DNA of 64,000 bases from Lama glama (GCA_028534125.1 CM052824.1:57412001-57476000), one strand, 5' to 3'; numbered from the stretch's first letter, positions 24,721 through 39,366 are shown. The notes: generated from the sequence alone by a model not told the origin. Made by a program: numbers and translations.

Positions 24721-26729
24721 GAATACTTGCTCTTTGCCAAGTGCTGTGCTGGACACACTGATGCCATCATCTTAGAACCAAGAGTCCTGGACCAAAATTT
24801 CTACAGCCACACGCCCGTGGGGGCCTTATTGAGGAGAACCGTGCTGTGGGGCAGGTAACCCAGCAGGCGTTGGTCCTGTTGTTAATCAGCTGCGTAGGAG
24901 GGTTCTGAGGACAGCAGCCCAAAATCTGTTTTTGTTTTTGTTTTCAAAGCTGCAGTTTTTTTTTTCTTCCAAGCCTAGAGGCTGCTGAATCAGTTCAATT
25001 GTTCCTTTTGCAAGAATCCACAAACTTTCAGGAGGCAGACCCTACTTATCTGGTCACTGATAAGGATCTCAGAATGAAACTGATTTACCAAACTGAAATC
25101 CTCACTTTAAATGTTTTCCTCCAAAACCCGGAGTCTCGGTCTATAGAGACAACTTCTATTCATGCCATTTTTCTTTCTTAAATCATCTTCTTCACGATTC
25201 TGTGTCTTCAGGAATCCTAAAAAGACAGCTTTTTGGATTACAGTTTTCTCTGAGCAGCCTTATAGGCATAAGGAAGTGTTACCTTCCCACCCGGAGTGCA
25301 TTATAATTCTACCCTTGCTTAATCCCCACCCAAATGCCCATTTCCAGCTATACAAACTCATATTATTCTCTCTGAATCATACATAAATACCACACCCTGA
25401 GTTGCACATAAAACTTTGCCATGTTATTTATAATCAGTGTTACTGACACAAGTTATGGTTGACTTCGAAGTCCATTTATGTTTTTCTGGAATTATTTATC
25501 CCCTCACCTCCCCATAACTGGTTCTAGGTGGGAATTTCACTGAAAGATTTTCTTATAAAATTTTGTAGCCTAAAAGTTAAAAAAAAAAACTGTTTAAACA
25601 AAAACAAAACAAAAAAATTAGCCAGAAAAAAGTTTTTAAAAAAAGAAATTTTGGAGCCTAATTTTGAGGATATGTTTTCAATTCCTCTTCTGGTTATAAA
25701 TCCTGATGTGGCAGGTCTGCTTCCTTTAAGGTTGAACTTCAACCAGGACCGGCTACACTGTATTATTCGGGGTGGTGTCGAGGTCCTGTTCTGCAGTTCA
25801 TAGCCAGGAACGTATTGCTGGAAAGTTGTGGGGAGTCCTCCACAGCCTAACTCGTGGGGGCCTCCTGCCTCCCTGCTAAACATCTCCTACGATCTCCTGA
25901 AATTAAGACTAAATCTATAAGTAAAAACCAAAAATGTCTGTTGGCACACCGGGCTGTCTCAGGAATTCATGGAAGATAACAGAGCAGAGAGGTGTGGTTT
26001 GACAGAGAAATAGGATCAAAGGAAAAGGAGGCCTAAAATATTCATAGGCAATGACTTCTATGAAAGCAATTCCAAGAGTTCTGAGAAAGCTCTGTGTTTA
26101 TGGAAACAGGGCAAGAAGGAGCCCCAGGGTAGTAGACAGGGTGATTATCTGGGGAACCGCTTTCCGAGCATCTGCGGGCCAGCAGCTCCCACCCTCCTCC
26201 CTTGTGCAAATCCGTGCCAGTGGGTGTGTGCCTCCTGGTGAGAGCACTGGTGTCAGAGAGAGGCCCCAGGTAGCAGGACCTCTCCGTGGGGGTTGGAAGG
26301 CCCTCCCTGATGAAGAGCACCCCTCCCCACTGGACACCCTGTCCAGAGCACAGACCCTTCCTCTTCCAAGTGCAGGTGATCCTGGGTCCACAGACAGCAG
26401 AAAGGGGGCTTTCCAACACAAATATTACAATTAAAAATCGCTGAACATCTGAGGAAAAGTAGTATCAATAAGAGCACAAAGCTCAACAAACAGAGACCAG
26501 CACCCACACAAACACTACACAAAGTAAAGAGACGTGAAAGTAATCCTCAGAGATTGGACACAATATTACACCCACGACGCAAAAACAAGGTATTACGGGG
26601 AAAAAAATCTAAGGAACAGATTATAGGAAGAAAAGTGAAGAGGCATTTAGAGTCTGAAAGGACAGAAATAGAGAGTGGCATAAAAGGAATCATCAAATCA
26701 TAATAGAAGATAAAAATAGATAAATTTCT

Positions 26730-26892
26730 TCTGTAGAGCACAGGGAACTATATTCAATATCTTGTAATAATCTTTACTGAAAAAAAGAATAAGAAAAGGG
26801 ATATATGTATATGTAAGCATGGCTGGGACATTGTGCTGTACACTAGAAATTGACATATTGTAACTGACTATACTTCAGTAAAAAAAAAAAAA
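26730..26892 (+). mobile_element. L1 3' end insertion
   Basis: CTGTAGAGCACAGGGAACTATATTCAATATCTTGTAATAA...GACTATACTTCAGT followed by poly-A. Confidence 0.75.
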
Positions 26893-28061
26893 TTTTTAAA
26901 CATAATAGAAAACAAGTTTCCCAGACTGGAAGAAAGATACAGGTCTTCACGTGGAAAGGGCCCTCAGATGCCAAATTATTTAGTTGAAAATAAGATACAC
27001 ACGGGCACATTTCCCAAAACTTCAAAATACCAAGGATTTTAAAAAATAAATAAACCTTCCAAAAGGAAAAACAAACAGAAAATCGCCTACAAAGAAGTAA
27101 GAACTCCATAAGCCCCAGCAACCAACACAGGATGCTGGAAGAAAATGGCACAAGGTCATCAAGGTTCAAAGGGAGGATGATTTTGAACCCAGAGTCCTGT
27201 ATTCAGCCGAATCAGCATTCAAGTGAAAGGTCACATTGGAATATTTGGGGCATACAAACCTCAGGAAGTCTGTCATGCTCAGATTTGCTCTCGGAAAGAA
27301 TTTCTCAAGGATTGCAACACGGTAAGACACGAGGAATCCAAGAAGGAGGCGGCTGTGGTATCCAGTGGATAGTAACCAACAGAGCCGTCATTATAACTCA
27401 GGGAAGTTTAAATAGTTTTTATGCATTTTTATGCATAACTGAAAAACAGTCATAATAGAGAACTAAGACCCCGGATTAATTCAAGAAAAAGGAGAATGAA
27501 AATGGAAATAAAACCAGACTAAGATATCTGTCTTTTTGGAGGAGAGGCTAGACTTGATTAATTCTGGATATTATTCAATGCTGTTAAGTATACATTAAAA
27601 GTCTAGAAGATAAATGCCACTTCAGGTCATAGCACAGAAGCTTGTATCAGATTAACCATCCTGCCTATGACAATGAGAAACTCAGGGAAAAACATAAAAA
27701 ACAGCCATGTGAAGGTACTGGAGAGCAACCAGGGCCCCGGAAGGAAAGAAACAAGGGGAGATCCGCGTGTAGCCAGCCTCCCCCACCCCAGAGAGTGGTC
27801 CTTAATGCTCTCAGCACACAAGAAATAGATTTCAAACGGAAGTGGCCATCTTACTGGGCTGGAAAGACGGACGTTGGCTTTCGGGGCTGCTAGAGTAGCT
27901 GGGAATTGAGGGAGGGCAGAACCTGAAAGGAGAAAGCCCCCAAATCCGTGTTCAAACACCCCTTAGTCCTTGGCTGACACCTGAGCTGTGCGTGTGCAGG
28001 TCACGCCTCCCAGGAGCCCGGCTGGAAGTGACAACTGGAAGGCAAAGGACCGAGCAGAGAT

Positions 28062-28561
28062 NNNNNNNNNNNNNNNNNNNNNNNNNNNNNNNNNNNNNNN
28101 NNNNNNNNNNNNNNNNNNNNNNNNNNNNNNNNNNNNNNNNNNNNNNNNNNNNNNNNNNNNNNNNNNNNNNNNNNNNNNNNNNNNNNNNNNNNNNNNNNNN
28201 NNNNNNNNNNNNNNNNNNNNNNNNNNNNNNNNNNNNNNNNNNNNNNNNNNNNNNNNNNNNNNNNNNNNNNNNNNNNNNNNNNNNNNNNNNNNNNNNNNNN
28301 NNNNNNNNNNNNNNNNNNNNNNNNNNNNNNNNNNNNNNNNNNNNNNNNNNNNNNNNNNNNNNNNNNNNNNNNNNNNNNNNNNNNNNNNNNNNNNNNNNNN
28401 NNNNNNNNNNNNNNNNNNNNNNNNNNNNNNNNNNNNNNNNNNNNNNNNNNNNNNNNNNNNNNNNNNNNNNNNNNNNNNNNNNNNNNNNNNNNNNNNNNNN
28501 NNNNNNNNNNNNNNNNNNNNNNNNNNNNNNNNNNNNNNNNNNNNNNNNNNNNNNNNNNNNN
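28062..28561. other. Assembly gap (500 N)
   Basis: Run of N, flanked on the right by an L1 3' tail. Confidence 1.
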
Positions 28562-29643
28562 TGATTATAAATCAATAAAAAATGTTAAAAAAAGAAGACA
28601 TATGTAAGAAGAAAGTTATATATTGGTTGGAATTCCTTTTGAGTAAAAATAACAGTGACACCAACTAACAGAGGCTAACAAAGTGGGTTTAATTTTCTTG
28701 CACAAGTTTGGAAATATGTGGCTGCTGGGGCTGGTTCAGCAGAGGAGGGATGGTATCTCAGCAATTCTCTTGGCCTTTCCCTCATGGTCACAGAATGGCT
28801 GCCAAGGCTTCGGGCATTGCATTCACAGAGAAGGCAGGAAGGGGAGAAAAGCAATACTGGTCACTTGGCTTCCTTTCTTAGGAAGAGCAAAAACTTTCCC
28901 AGAGTTCTCCACAGACTTCTGCTTGGGTTTCAGTAATCAAAAATATTGTCAGCTGGCAGGAGAAGAGGTCACCCCCAGCTTATTTAGTAAAAGTAGACAA
29001 GAGAGAAGGGAATTTGAAGTGAGTGTTCAGTAGCCAGTGAATAGTGTTTCACACGGGTTCCAAATAAGGGGATGGAAAAGATACACCAGGCAAATGCTGA
29101 CAGAAAGGTAACAACACCTGAGCAGTTGGGGAATGATGAGAAGCTACCAGGAGCTGTGTGCAGGGCACAATTGACAGGACCCAGCACCCCTTCCCAACTT
29201 CTGTGTTGTAGAGGCTGGAATAGGAAAGATGCCCTTTTGCAGCTAGGTTTTAGATGTTAACTAAGTTCTGCCAATTGCACGGACCTGCATGAGATCTGAC
29301 AGATGGAACTGAGGCAGAGGCAACCAAGGTCATGGAGATGAGTATGAAAGATTGGCAGGGGCCAGACTCAGCGTTTCGGGGTTTATCAGCAGCTCTGTGG
29401 GCAGAGACGGTCGTCATGGTAACAGCGGCAGCAGCAGTGGCCTCCTAACCCTGGCTTCCTTGTGCCTGAATCAAAACTACAGGGATGTGGTCAACTCGGT
29501 AGTTCCAGGGGAGGCCTCCTGATTACCATGCCTCCAGGTCTTCCAGTGATTTTATAAGCAACCAGTTCCCTGCTTTAAACAAACCCTTTCTGCTTAAAGT
29601 ACACTGAGTGTTTTCTATTTCCTGCACTGAACTCTGAAACTGA

Positions 29644-29705
29644 TCTCTCTCTCTGTCTCTCACACTCTCTCTCTCTCCCTCCCTCTCTCTCTCTCTCCCC
29701 CTCTC
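29644..29705. repeat. (CT)n-rich microsatellite
   Basis: Read directly from the sequence. Confidence 0.85.
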
Positions 29706-30343
29706 AGGTCTTAGAATGATAGCAGCTAATGTAAACTCTCTCTGGGAAGAAGTCAATCTCAGCCTGAACTTCAAAGAATTCCTACAGAATGAAAAAATAA
29801 AGGAAAACGAACACTTCCCAAGCAAACCCCACAAAACACACAGAGAAACAAAGCATCACAAATAAAAGCTGCAGGAACCACAGACAGCAGAGACACAGCC
29901 GTGGAGACTTCAGGTTTTTAGAATTATCAGACACAGAACATGAAACACATCTGTCTGGTGTGTTTAAATAACCAAATATGTGCATAAAAGAAACAGATTC
30001 AAAAAAGAATAAAACACTTTAAAACAAAATTAATATGTAATAATCAAAACGAATAATTTAAAGGATGCGTCAACCACCAGACTGGACGCTGCTGAAGAAT
30101 TAATAAACTAAATGACGGATCTGAAGAAATTACACAGAATGCGGTGCCAAAAGTCAAAAAGATGGCCAAAGAGAGGTCAAGAGATAGGAAAGACAGAATG
30201 AAAGGAGGCAAGCTACGTTATCTGGAAGGAGAGACCAGAGGGAACAAGGGAGAAGCCGTATTTGAAAAGATAATGGATGAGAATTTGCCAGAAATTTTTG
30301 AAATAGCCTCAAATCCAGAAATCCTAGTGAATCCCAACAGATT

Positions 30344-30526
30344 TTTTTAACATTTTTTATTGATTTATAATCATTTTACAATGTTGTGTCAAATTCCAGT
30401 GTTCAGCACAATTTTTCAGTCATTCATGGACATATACACACTCATTGTCACATTTTTTTCTCTGTGATTTATCATAACATTTTGTGTATATTTCCCTGTG
30501 CTATACAGTGTAATCTTGTTTATCTA
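30344..30526 (-). mobile_element. Young 5'-truncated L1 with perfect TSD
   Basis: TSD CCAACAGATT at 30334-30343 and 30527-30536, with a poly-T head. Confidence 0.85.
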
Positions 30527-32494
30527 CCAACAGATTAAAAGGAAGAAAGGAAGGAAGGAGGGTGGAAAGAAAGGAAGATAAAGGAGGGAGGGAGAGCGGG
30601 AAGGAGGAGATAAATCCACAAATTGTGGATTGGCAGTGAGACTGCAAAACACCAAAGGAAAGCAAAAGTTTCAGAAGCAGCCAGAGCAGGGGGGAAATCA
30701 CTGCAAAGGAGCAACAATCGGACGACTCAAGTCTCACCTGCAACAATGGGAGTCAGAGGAAAACTGCTAGCGGAAAGAAGACATCGCTGGGCCAGACTTT
30801 ATAATCCTTTACATGCCATTCACAGGAGGTGCTTCCGAAACATAAGGACACTAAAATTTTTAAATATAGAAAACGATAAACTGGAAAGTAGTGGTCATAA
30901 GAAAGCTGGAATAGCTTATTAAACATCAGACAAAACAGATATGAAAGCAAAAAGCAATAAGGAGGAAGGAACACATTACTACACAATGATTTTCAAAAAT
31001 TCAATTTATCAGGAAGCAAATCTCAAAATTAATGAACCAAGCATCCAACTGGAGAGGTTGAAAATTCTAGAAAGGAAAGGGTAAGAAATTTCTGAAAAGG
31101 AGGGAAAACAGAAAATAGTATTATCAAAGCCAGAAGTTGATTCTTCGACAAGACTAAAAATAAAATAGACAAATCCCTTGCATGATTATTAATCAAGAAA
31201 AAGAAAATAAGAAGGCATAAATAAACAAAACTAAGAATGAGTGAGAAGAAGGACAAAATCACAGATGGTGGTCAAGGTTAAAACTGTTCGAAGAGATTAT
31301 AAACCAGCTGCTGCCAATAAATTTGAAAACTTAGATAACGTAGAAAAATTCCTAGGAAAAGATACGACTTAACCAAAACCATCTCAGGAAGATAAAAGAA
31401 CCTGCATAAGCCCACTGCCTGTAATAACCCAAACAGTGGCTCTGCAAAAAGTTAAAACACAGAATCACCGAACCCACAGAAAACCCAGCAATTCCATTCC
31501 TAGGTACACAGAGTAACTGAAAAGAGGTGCTCGCATGGCTGTGCCTGGACTCTCACAGCAGCGCTATGCACCACCAGAAGGTGGGAACAGCCCAAGGGCC
31601 CATCAATGGATGAGTGGATGAACGAAATGTGGTCCATCCATGCAATGGAATAGTATTCAACCTTCAAAAGGAATGAAATCTGACACGTCAATGAACCCTG
31701 AAACAGTGTGTTAAGTGCAAGAAGCCAGACCTAAAAGGTCACATAGTATGTAATCCCTTTTACATGAAGTATCCAGAATAGGCAAATCCACAGAGATGGG
31801 ATATGGAATAGAGGTTAAAAGGGCTTGAGGGGGGAGAGAAAGGGAGTGGCTGTTAATTGGTACAGGGTCTCCTTTGAGGGTGATGAAATGTTTTGGAATT
31901 AGATAGAGGGGACGCTTGCACAACAGTGTGAATGTCCTAAATGCCACTGGACTGTATGCTCTAAAATGGCTGGTTTCATGTTATATGAATTTCGCTTCAA
32001 TTAAAACAAAAATCTCACCACAAAGGAAATACCAGGCCTTGCTGGATTTAGAGGGGAATTACATCGGATATTCAAAGAATACGTAATTTTCACCACTCAC
32101 AAGTACAGAAAAGAAACAGAGGGATATTCCCCAACTCGTTACAACCAAGGCATAATAGCCTTGATACCAAAAGTCATACAAGAAAGGAAAATTCCAGTTC
32201 AGCCTTACACGAGATGCAAAAATTCCTAAATTAAATACTTACCCAACAGAATCTGGTAAAGTATGTAAAAGATACCACATGAAGACCAAGCTGGGTTTAT
32301 CTCAGGCACGCAAGAGATCAGTAGATTAGGAAATCTACTCATGTAACTCATCACAGTAACAGATTAAAGGAGAAAACCCATATAATCTTAAGTGACATGG
32401 AAAAGCAGTTAATAAATTTCAACATCCATTCATTACAAAAATTCAGCACACGAAGAATGGAAGTGTGTTTCCTTAAGCTAACAGAGAAGATTAC

Positions 32495-32985
32495 CGTAGG
32501 CAGACTAACCCTCCTGACCCCGAGATGCCCCTGCTCTAAACTCCAGAACCTGTATGTTACCTTTCATGGCAAAAGAGTCTCAAGATCTGATTAAGGATCA
32601 GGATCTTGAAATAGGAGATGATTTGGGGTTATCCAGGTGGGCCCAAACTAGTCATGTGAATCCTTAAAAGGGGAGAAACCTTCCTGGCTTCAGTCAGTCA
32701 GAGAGGGAGATGTGACCACAGAGAACAGACAGAGAGACGCAACACTGCTGGCTCTGAGGGCGGAGGAAGGGGCCACGAGCCAAGGCTTGCAGAGGCCCCT
32801 GCGAGCTGGACAAGGCAAAGAGCTGACGACTCCAGTCTCTGGAGGGAAACACACACCTGCGGATACCTTGATTTTAGCTGAGACCATGTCAGATGTCTGA
32901 CATCCAGAACTGTAAGACAATGCATTCATGTTGTTAAACCACTGAAGTCGTGGTGATTCGTCACAGCAACAATAGAAACCTAACA
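32495..32985 (+). mobile_element. MLT1 (ERVL-MaLR) solo LTR
   Basis: MLT1 hallmarks: GGTTATCCAGGTGGGCCC, CCAGAACTGTAAGA and the ...CACAGCAACAATAGAAACCTAACA end. Confidence 0.75.
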
Positions 32986-34202
32986 ATATAACAAAAACAA
33001 ACAAATTTAAAACTCTACAGCAAATGTTGTATTTCCTTCTCTTTAAAACCCAGTACCACCTAGGATGTCCACTGTGACCCCTGAATTTGGAATTGTACTG
33101 AGATGCTAACCAGGATAGAACAGCAAGAAAAAGTAAAACATTTAAGGGTTGGAAAAAGAGAGAAATAAATTGTCATTCTTTGCTGATGATACGAATGTCT
33201 ACATAAAAATTTGGCACAATTTATAGCAACATTATATTAGAATAAGAGAGAGTAAAAAGGCTGAGTACATGATCAATATATAAAAGTACTTGCAACAATC
33301 AGAAGACAATTTTTAAAAGCACAGTATCACAAGAAAAGAAGGAAGGAAGGAAGGAAGGAAGAAAAAGAAAGGAGGGAGGGAGAAAACCAAATAATAATTC
33401 TAACAAAGGATGTGCCAGCCCTTGATGGAGAAATTAGAAAAGTTAGAAAAGTTTATTAAAGACAGATATTAAAGAAGAAAACAGACAGACAGTATATACT
33501 CTGTTCTTGGGTAGGATCAATATCAGAACAATGTCAACTTTCCCTAAATTGCTCTACAGATTCAATGCAATCCCAATTAAAAAAAATCCCAACAGTATGT
33601 TTTATGAGATTGATAAGCTGATTGTAACATTTATCTGGAAGAGCTGAGGCTACAAGTAGCCAAGGTACTTCCGGAGAAGTCTGAGGAATCGCCTCCACCA
33701 GGTAAAGAAATCAGCCTGTGTGATATCGACGGAGACACAGACCAATAGACTGACGAAACAGAAGAGAGCCCAGAATCAAAGACAAGCTCTTATGGAAGTT
33801 TGATTTAGGACAGAACTGAAATTGCAGATTAGCGGGGAAAAAGATGGACCACTCACCGATTGGTGCTGGGACAACTAATGAACCATTTGGGAAAAAATGA
33901 AATCAGATCTCTACCTCACACATACGCAAGATTAATTCCAGATGGATTAAAGGCTTACTGTAAATAATTCAGCAAACAATGTAAGTGGGCATCTTTACAA
34001 TCTCGAGATAGAAAAGAACTTAGCACCAACTACAAAGACAAACGCTGAGATCTACTATATTAAAATGAAGACTTTCTCTTTCTCACAGAGGCCATGAAGA
34101 GTGAAAAGGCAAGCCACAACCCAGAAGAAGGTATCTGCAAAACAAATATACAACAGGGTTTCTTTTGTTTTGGTTTTTCCTTCTTTATTTAAACTAAAAC
34201 CT

Positions 34203-34340
34203 GGGGAAAGTATAGCTCAAGTAGTAGAGCGCATGCTTAGCATGCACGAGGTCCTGGGTTCAATCCCCAATGCCTCCTCTAAAAAGAAAGAAAGAAATAA
34301 ACCTAATTACCCCCCCAAAAAACTAAACAAACTAAAACCA
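34203..34340 (+). mobile_element. Vic-1-like SINE
   Basis: TATAGCTCAAGTAGTAGAGCGCATGCTTAGCATGCACGAGGTCCTGGGTTCAATCCCC. Confidence 0.88.
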
Positions 34341-34932
34341 AAAACAGTTCAATCACATCTCCCCATAAAAATAATTACACTGGAATTTGACACAACATTG
34401 TAAAATGATTATAAGTCAATAAAAAAAAGTTAAATAAGTAAATAAAAATTAAAAAATTAAAAAAAACTAATAGTGATTAACATCCAGGATGCATGAAGAA
34501 TTCCTACAAATCAAATAGAAATAGACAAGAACCCCAACAGGAAAATGAGCAAAAGATAGTCATTACACAGAAGAAACCATAAGAAAAATGCTTGCTGAGT
34601 AATCAGGAAAATAAATGCGCATTAGAGCCGCAAGGAGATACCGTTTCACACCCACCGAAGTGGCAGTAACTTAAGAACCAGACAGCAGCTAGTGGTGACC
34701 GGCTCTGAAGCAACGGTCAGCCTCACTCACAGCTCACGAAGTATGAACTGTCAGAAGCGCTTGGGAAGCGGCTTAGCGTTTCCGGGCGCAGGGGTTCTTC
34801 ACGTGGGGAAGGCGGTTAGCACTCAGGGGGCATGTGCTTGAACGGGAAAAAAACTGTGTCTGTGTTTTCACTCATCTCTAACTGAAACGTCTATTTCCTT
34901 CTTTTAGGAACCAAATCAAATTAGTGTTAGTA

Positions 34933-35207
34933 AAACTATGATTACCAAAGGGGGCAAGGGATAAATTAGGAGTTTGGGATTAACAGAAACAGTGTTATAT
35001 ATAAAATAATAAACAACAAGGTCCTACTGTACCACACAGGGAACTATATTCAGTACTGTGTAATACCCTATCATGGAAAAGAATCTGAAAAAAAAACGTA
35101 TGTATGTGTATAACTGGATCGTTCTGCTGTACACCTGAAACTAACATTGTAAATCAACTACACATCAATAAAAAATAAAATTAAAACAACAACAATAAAA
35201 AAAAAAA
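34933..35207 (+). mobile_element. L1 3' end insertion
   Basis: GGGATAAATTAGGAGTTTGGGATTAACAG...GTAAATCAACTA followed by an A-tail, flanked by duplicated AGTGTTAGT. Confidence 0.75.
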
Positions 35208-38200
35208 GCAGTGTTAGTGGTACTGATGACTTCTACCAACCAAGAGAACACAGATTCTGTGCATCACGCTCTCCGTACTGCTTATGCTCACCACAACTTC
35301 AAAATTACGGTCATTATGAGACCGATTGCTAAATATTACCATGTAATGGTAGAAGGAAATGTATTGCTTCATCACAAATCTGTATTTTCAATATTTTGAA
35401 AACTCTATTCCAATCCAATGGGTTCCCCTTGCAGTCCAATGTATTTTATTCTGTGTGTTTTAAAATGCTGTTCTAAGAAGTCACTCAAGACTTCACTACT
35501 GTGCCAAACGGGTCCATGAAACATACAAGTGCTACTAAAATAAAACATGAATCATCCACAACAAAGTGTCCAACCTGGGGGGACTCTTGTCCTCATGTAT
35601 CAAGAGATACATGCAAATCTTGGAAGCTTGGAAAGTAGCCCAAATGCTCACCAACAGTACAATGGATAAATTGTGGAATATGCATGCCGTATAATTACAT
35701 TTTTTAAAAAGTGTTTTAAGACTCAAGTGGCACTGAGCTAGCTGCCTCACGGACTAATGACATGGTATTATCCACAGTCCAGAGGTAATTTACTCTGTCG
35801 TAAGCACGCGGAGTGCCCGTCATTCTTGGGTGAGGGATGTCAAAGAGTAACCAAGTATTAAAACAGGGTGAGTGCATTCCTGCTTGCACTCCTGTGCATT
35901 AATCTTGCTTGATTCATTGCTTAAGGCAAGCTGAAGGGACGGTCCAAGGCTCTACTAAGCCCTGACTATCAGTTTCTGAACCATCACCTTCTACCTGCCT
36001 CTCACCTGGCCAGTCGTCCCTAACAAGACTGCCACCTCGTTACCCGACACCCGAGCCAGTCACTCAGCAAGGCCGGACGGGAGAAGTCTGCTTCTGGTGA
36101 AACTGACCACACATCACGTCGGGGGCCTGAGACCCGCACCCTACAGGCGGGAGGGGGCGGGAGCTGAGGGGACAAACCCTCAGGATGCACGGATTCAGGA
36201 CTGACGCTGGCTACGTTCCATTTGTCTTTTAAAACCAAGCACAACTGTCTCTTCAGTTAACTCTGTGAAATATTATTCTCCCCCTGAAAGAAGAAACCTG
36301 AGCCAAACACACTCTGTAATGGCACACCCACCTCCGCTTGGCTTTTTGAAAAACCTCTCAAGCAAAGCTGGGGCATCTTACTGAGGTCTGGCGCCCCTAC
36401 CCCGGCGGCTCTCCTGCAAGGCAGTGCCCTGGACTCTGTCATCGCCAGCCCAGGGTCTGTGTCTGCCGATGGTTGCTCTGTTGCCCACAGCCTTTTTATT
36501 TTATTTTTTTCTTTTTTAAGACAATGAACTTTCCACTCTAACGTTATTTTTAAGCCAAGGAAAAATATCTCCAAGAGCAGGCTGAATTCAAAAACAAAAA
36601 CAAAAAAAAAATTTTTTTAAGAGAAAAGCTGAGAACACGATCACACGCAAAACCGAAAAGGCAAAATAAAGCAGCTGTGTTGTGAGGCCCGGAGGGGAGA
36701 TCGCATCTGATTCCGCGATGGATTGCAGCTGGCCCAGGACTTGTTTGGGAACCTGATATGGCCCCTGCGGGCTGCAGGAAGCGAAGATGGTGATGGTGAT
36801 GGGGATAATGATGGCGGTGGGGATGCGGGTGACGGTGACGGGGACTCCTTCCTCGGGGCTCGGCCTCGTGAGAGCCCTGGCCCTGGGGGCCTTGAGGCTG
36901 GAGCTTCTCCTGAGGGGGAAGGGCTGGCTCGAGAAGGACCCCACACTAGGAGCAAGCAGCGTGTGCCTGGCTCAGATGCAAACAGGATTTCCTGAGCCCC
37001 TTCCTGGGCACCTCACGACTGGATCCCACCCATGGGAGGAAAGAGGCTGGGGCAGGTGTGTGAGCGGCCCTGACCCGCTACCGCTCCTCGTGTGCCCAGG
37101 TCCCCATACCAAGGGCAAAGGCAGGGGCTTTTCAAAAAGAAAAAAAAAGCACTGTGAGATGATTCCTCCGGAAAACGTAATGTTCTCCTCACTCCTTAGC
37201 AAAGAAACAGCCTAGAGTGTAGAACCCACAACCAAACTCTGAGATGAGAGTCGGCTATGCTGTTTCAGTCTGAGAAATGTACTTCCCCCTCTGTCGCTGC
37301 CTTTGATACTCTGACAATCCCAGAGCACAGGACAGGGATGGCGGTTTTGTCTTCTTTTTACCGCAAATGATGACAGCCTGGATGCGGGGAGAACCGAGTT
37401 GCCCGATGCACTAGCACAGAAATCTCCCCCTGCCGGTAGAGGGAAAGCTCTCTAAGGTATAATCAGTGAAAAAGCAGGGGCAGAACAGTGACATAGATAA
37501 CATGACCCTTCTGTACAACGTGTGAAAGACATCAGTCACCGGCTGGGTGACTAGTACCCGGCAGGTGCTCTGTATGCCCTGGGCCTTCCCTGTTCTGCTA
37601 CTTAGCGCCCGGGAAACCCCCTCTGCCTCCACGTACTCACCGGGTTTTCGCCGTGACATCTAAGTCACAGGCAGTAGCCCCCTTTGGAAAGAGCAGTTTG
37701 GCAGTCACTTCCCTGGAGGAACACTGACCAGGGCCTCACGGATAGGAGCCGGGCCTCCCCTGCCCAGTGCCGGGAAAGCCACGACCAAGAGCCGCTCGGT
37801 CCTGGGCTCTGAGCCACATCCTGCAAGGGGGTTTGGTTCTTTCGGTGAAGAGGGCTGGGCTTCGGGCGAGACCTGATTTCTAGGCCCCATCTCTTGCTGA
37901 CTCTCCAAGCGGCCTTGGGCAGACACTGGGGCTCAAGAAACCACAGCTAAGGTAAGAGTGACAGAAATGATGTCCAAAGTGGGGGTGACCCCGGCTGAGG
38001 AGGAGGCCCGGTCAAGCTGGACTGGCCACACACCTAAATTCAAGTCCAAGTCGCTCTGAAATGTAGACGGCGCCCCTTCCCTCTTCAGTTCCCAAGTTTT
38101 GTTTTTACCCCCAGCCCTTCACCCCTTACTTCCTAGAAGGAAGAGAGCAGGTGTGTTTAGCTTTAAAAAGAAGCCAGCAGATAGAGAGGGTGGAGGCTTT

Positions 38201-39366
38201 GAAATGTTATCGATGTGCCTAAAGCCAGTCATTCTTGACCTGGCCAGAAAAGGCCCACGGTTTAGATAAAGCAGGTCCTGGAACCCCAACCCCAAACACT
38301 GTCAGGGAAAAAAATCTTCACTACATCACCGGGGCTCTGATAAACTGAGCCTCCGAGAAATGCTCTTTCCTTCTGTCCATCTGGAACCACCTTTTCCTGC
38401 TGCCCCAGGGCCACAAAAATTCAAAGAGCTAATCTAGTGAACAGTTCCCTTCCTGCCGATCACTCAGACTCCAGGGAGCTTAATCAGAGGTAGGGGCTGC
38501 TGGTGAGACACCCCGGTAACTTGCGAGAGGTTTTAAGGCTCACTACTAACAATGAATTAGTCTCACGTCTGTGACTTGTGACTTCCAAAGTAACAGACTC
38601 CGAGTTTTCCTTCCTTTATTAAAGGTATACTTTATAGATACCTTGAATTTGTCAACCTGAGGCTCTGCACTCACTCCTCCTGCCCCCAAGGTCTCCTTCT
38701 CCAGCTCAGGACGTGAACCCCCATTTGACCTTGTGTTCAAGCGAGAAATGTGGACGTTGTTCTCGCTGATTCTTCCTCCCACCCCCCCGGGGTCCCCTCA
38801 ATAGAGCGAGCCTCTGAACCAAGAACGATCAGGACCTCCTCCGGGGGTTCCCATCTCCGTGTCAATTCCAAAGTCTTGGCTCAGCTACCTCCCCAGCTCC
38901 AGCCCTGCAAGGGCCCTCTGCACCCAGTGCTCCTGCCTCAGGGCCTTTGCTCTTCCTCTGTCTTCCTGGAACGCTCTGAGCAGATACCCGCCTCACCCCC
39001 AGCCAGATCGCTCCAGATTTTCCCTCCGGTCCCTTTTCAAAGAGGCCTCCACTACACACCCTGCAGAAAACACCTCATCACTGTCCTCTTACTCCACTTC
39101 TCTTACTAGGACATGGATATTCTTGTTTTTCTCTCTCCGAATCCCACAACACAAGCTCTAAGAGGACAGACCATGTCTCTCAAAGGCTTCTTCCCAGCAC
39201 CAGCACAGGGCTCGGCACACAGACGGCTCCCGAGGAAATCTAGTCCCATTCTCACCTCCCAGAGTCTCTCCTGTTCGCCCCTGGCGTCCTTACCATCAGC
39301 GTGCTTATCAAAACCTGCAGTTACACTTGCATTTTCAACCATTAACACCTGCCTTGCCTTCCAATT

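Larger units (their letters stand above)
29830..34700 (+). mobile_element. Ancient fragmented L1 (ORF1/ORF2 remnants) with nested younger insertions, including an L1MB-like 3' end at about 31440-32005
   Basis: A-rich + strand with L1 ORF2-like phrases (TTCAATGCAATCCCAATTAAAA, GGTGCTGGGACAACT, TGCTGATGAT). No long ORF. Confidence 0.7.

Noticed and set aside
25524-25883. 119-aa - strand ORF in the intergenic region
   Set aside because: No recognisable homology, it runs through an A-rich tract, and it shows no convincing splice or retrocopy hallmarks.
34203-34280. tRNA-Ala-like sequences here and at 3125, 24571, 41607, 51034 and 56905
   Set aside because: These are SINE heads with a shared non-tRNA tail and TSDs. 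The acceptor stems are degenerate, so they are not tRNA genes.
36723-36995. Asp/Gly-rich ORF (DGDGDGDNDGGG)
   Set aside because: It translates a degenerate (GATGGT)n simple repeat and has no exon context.
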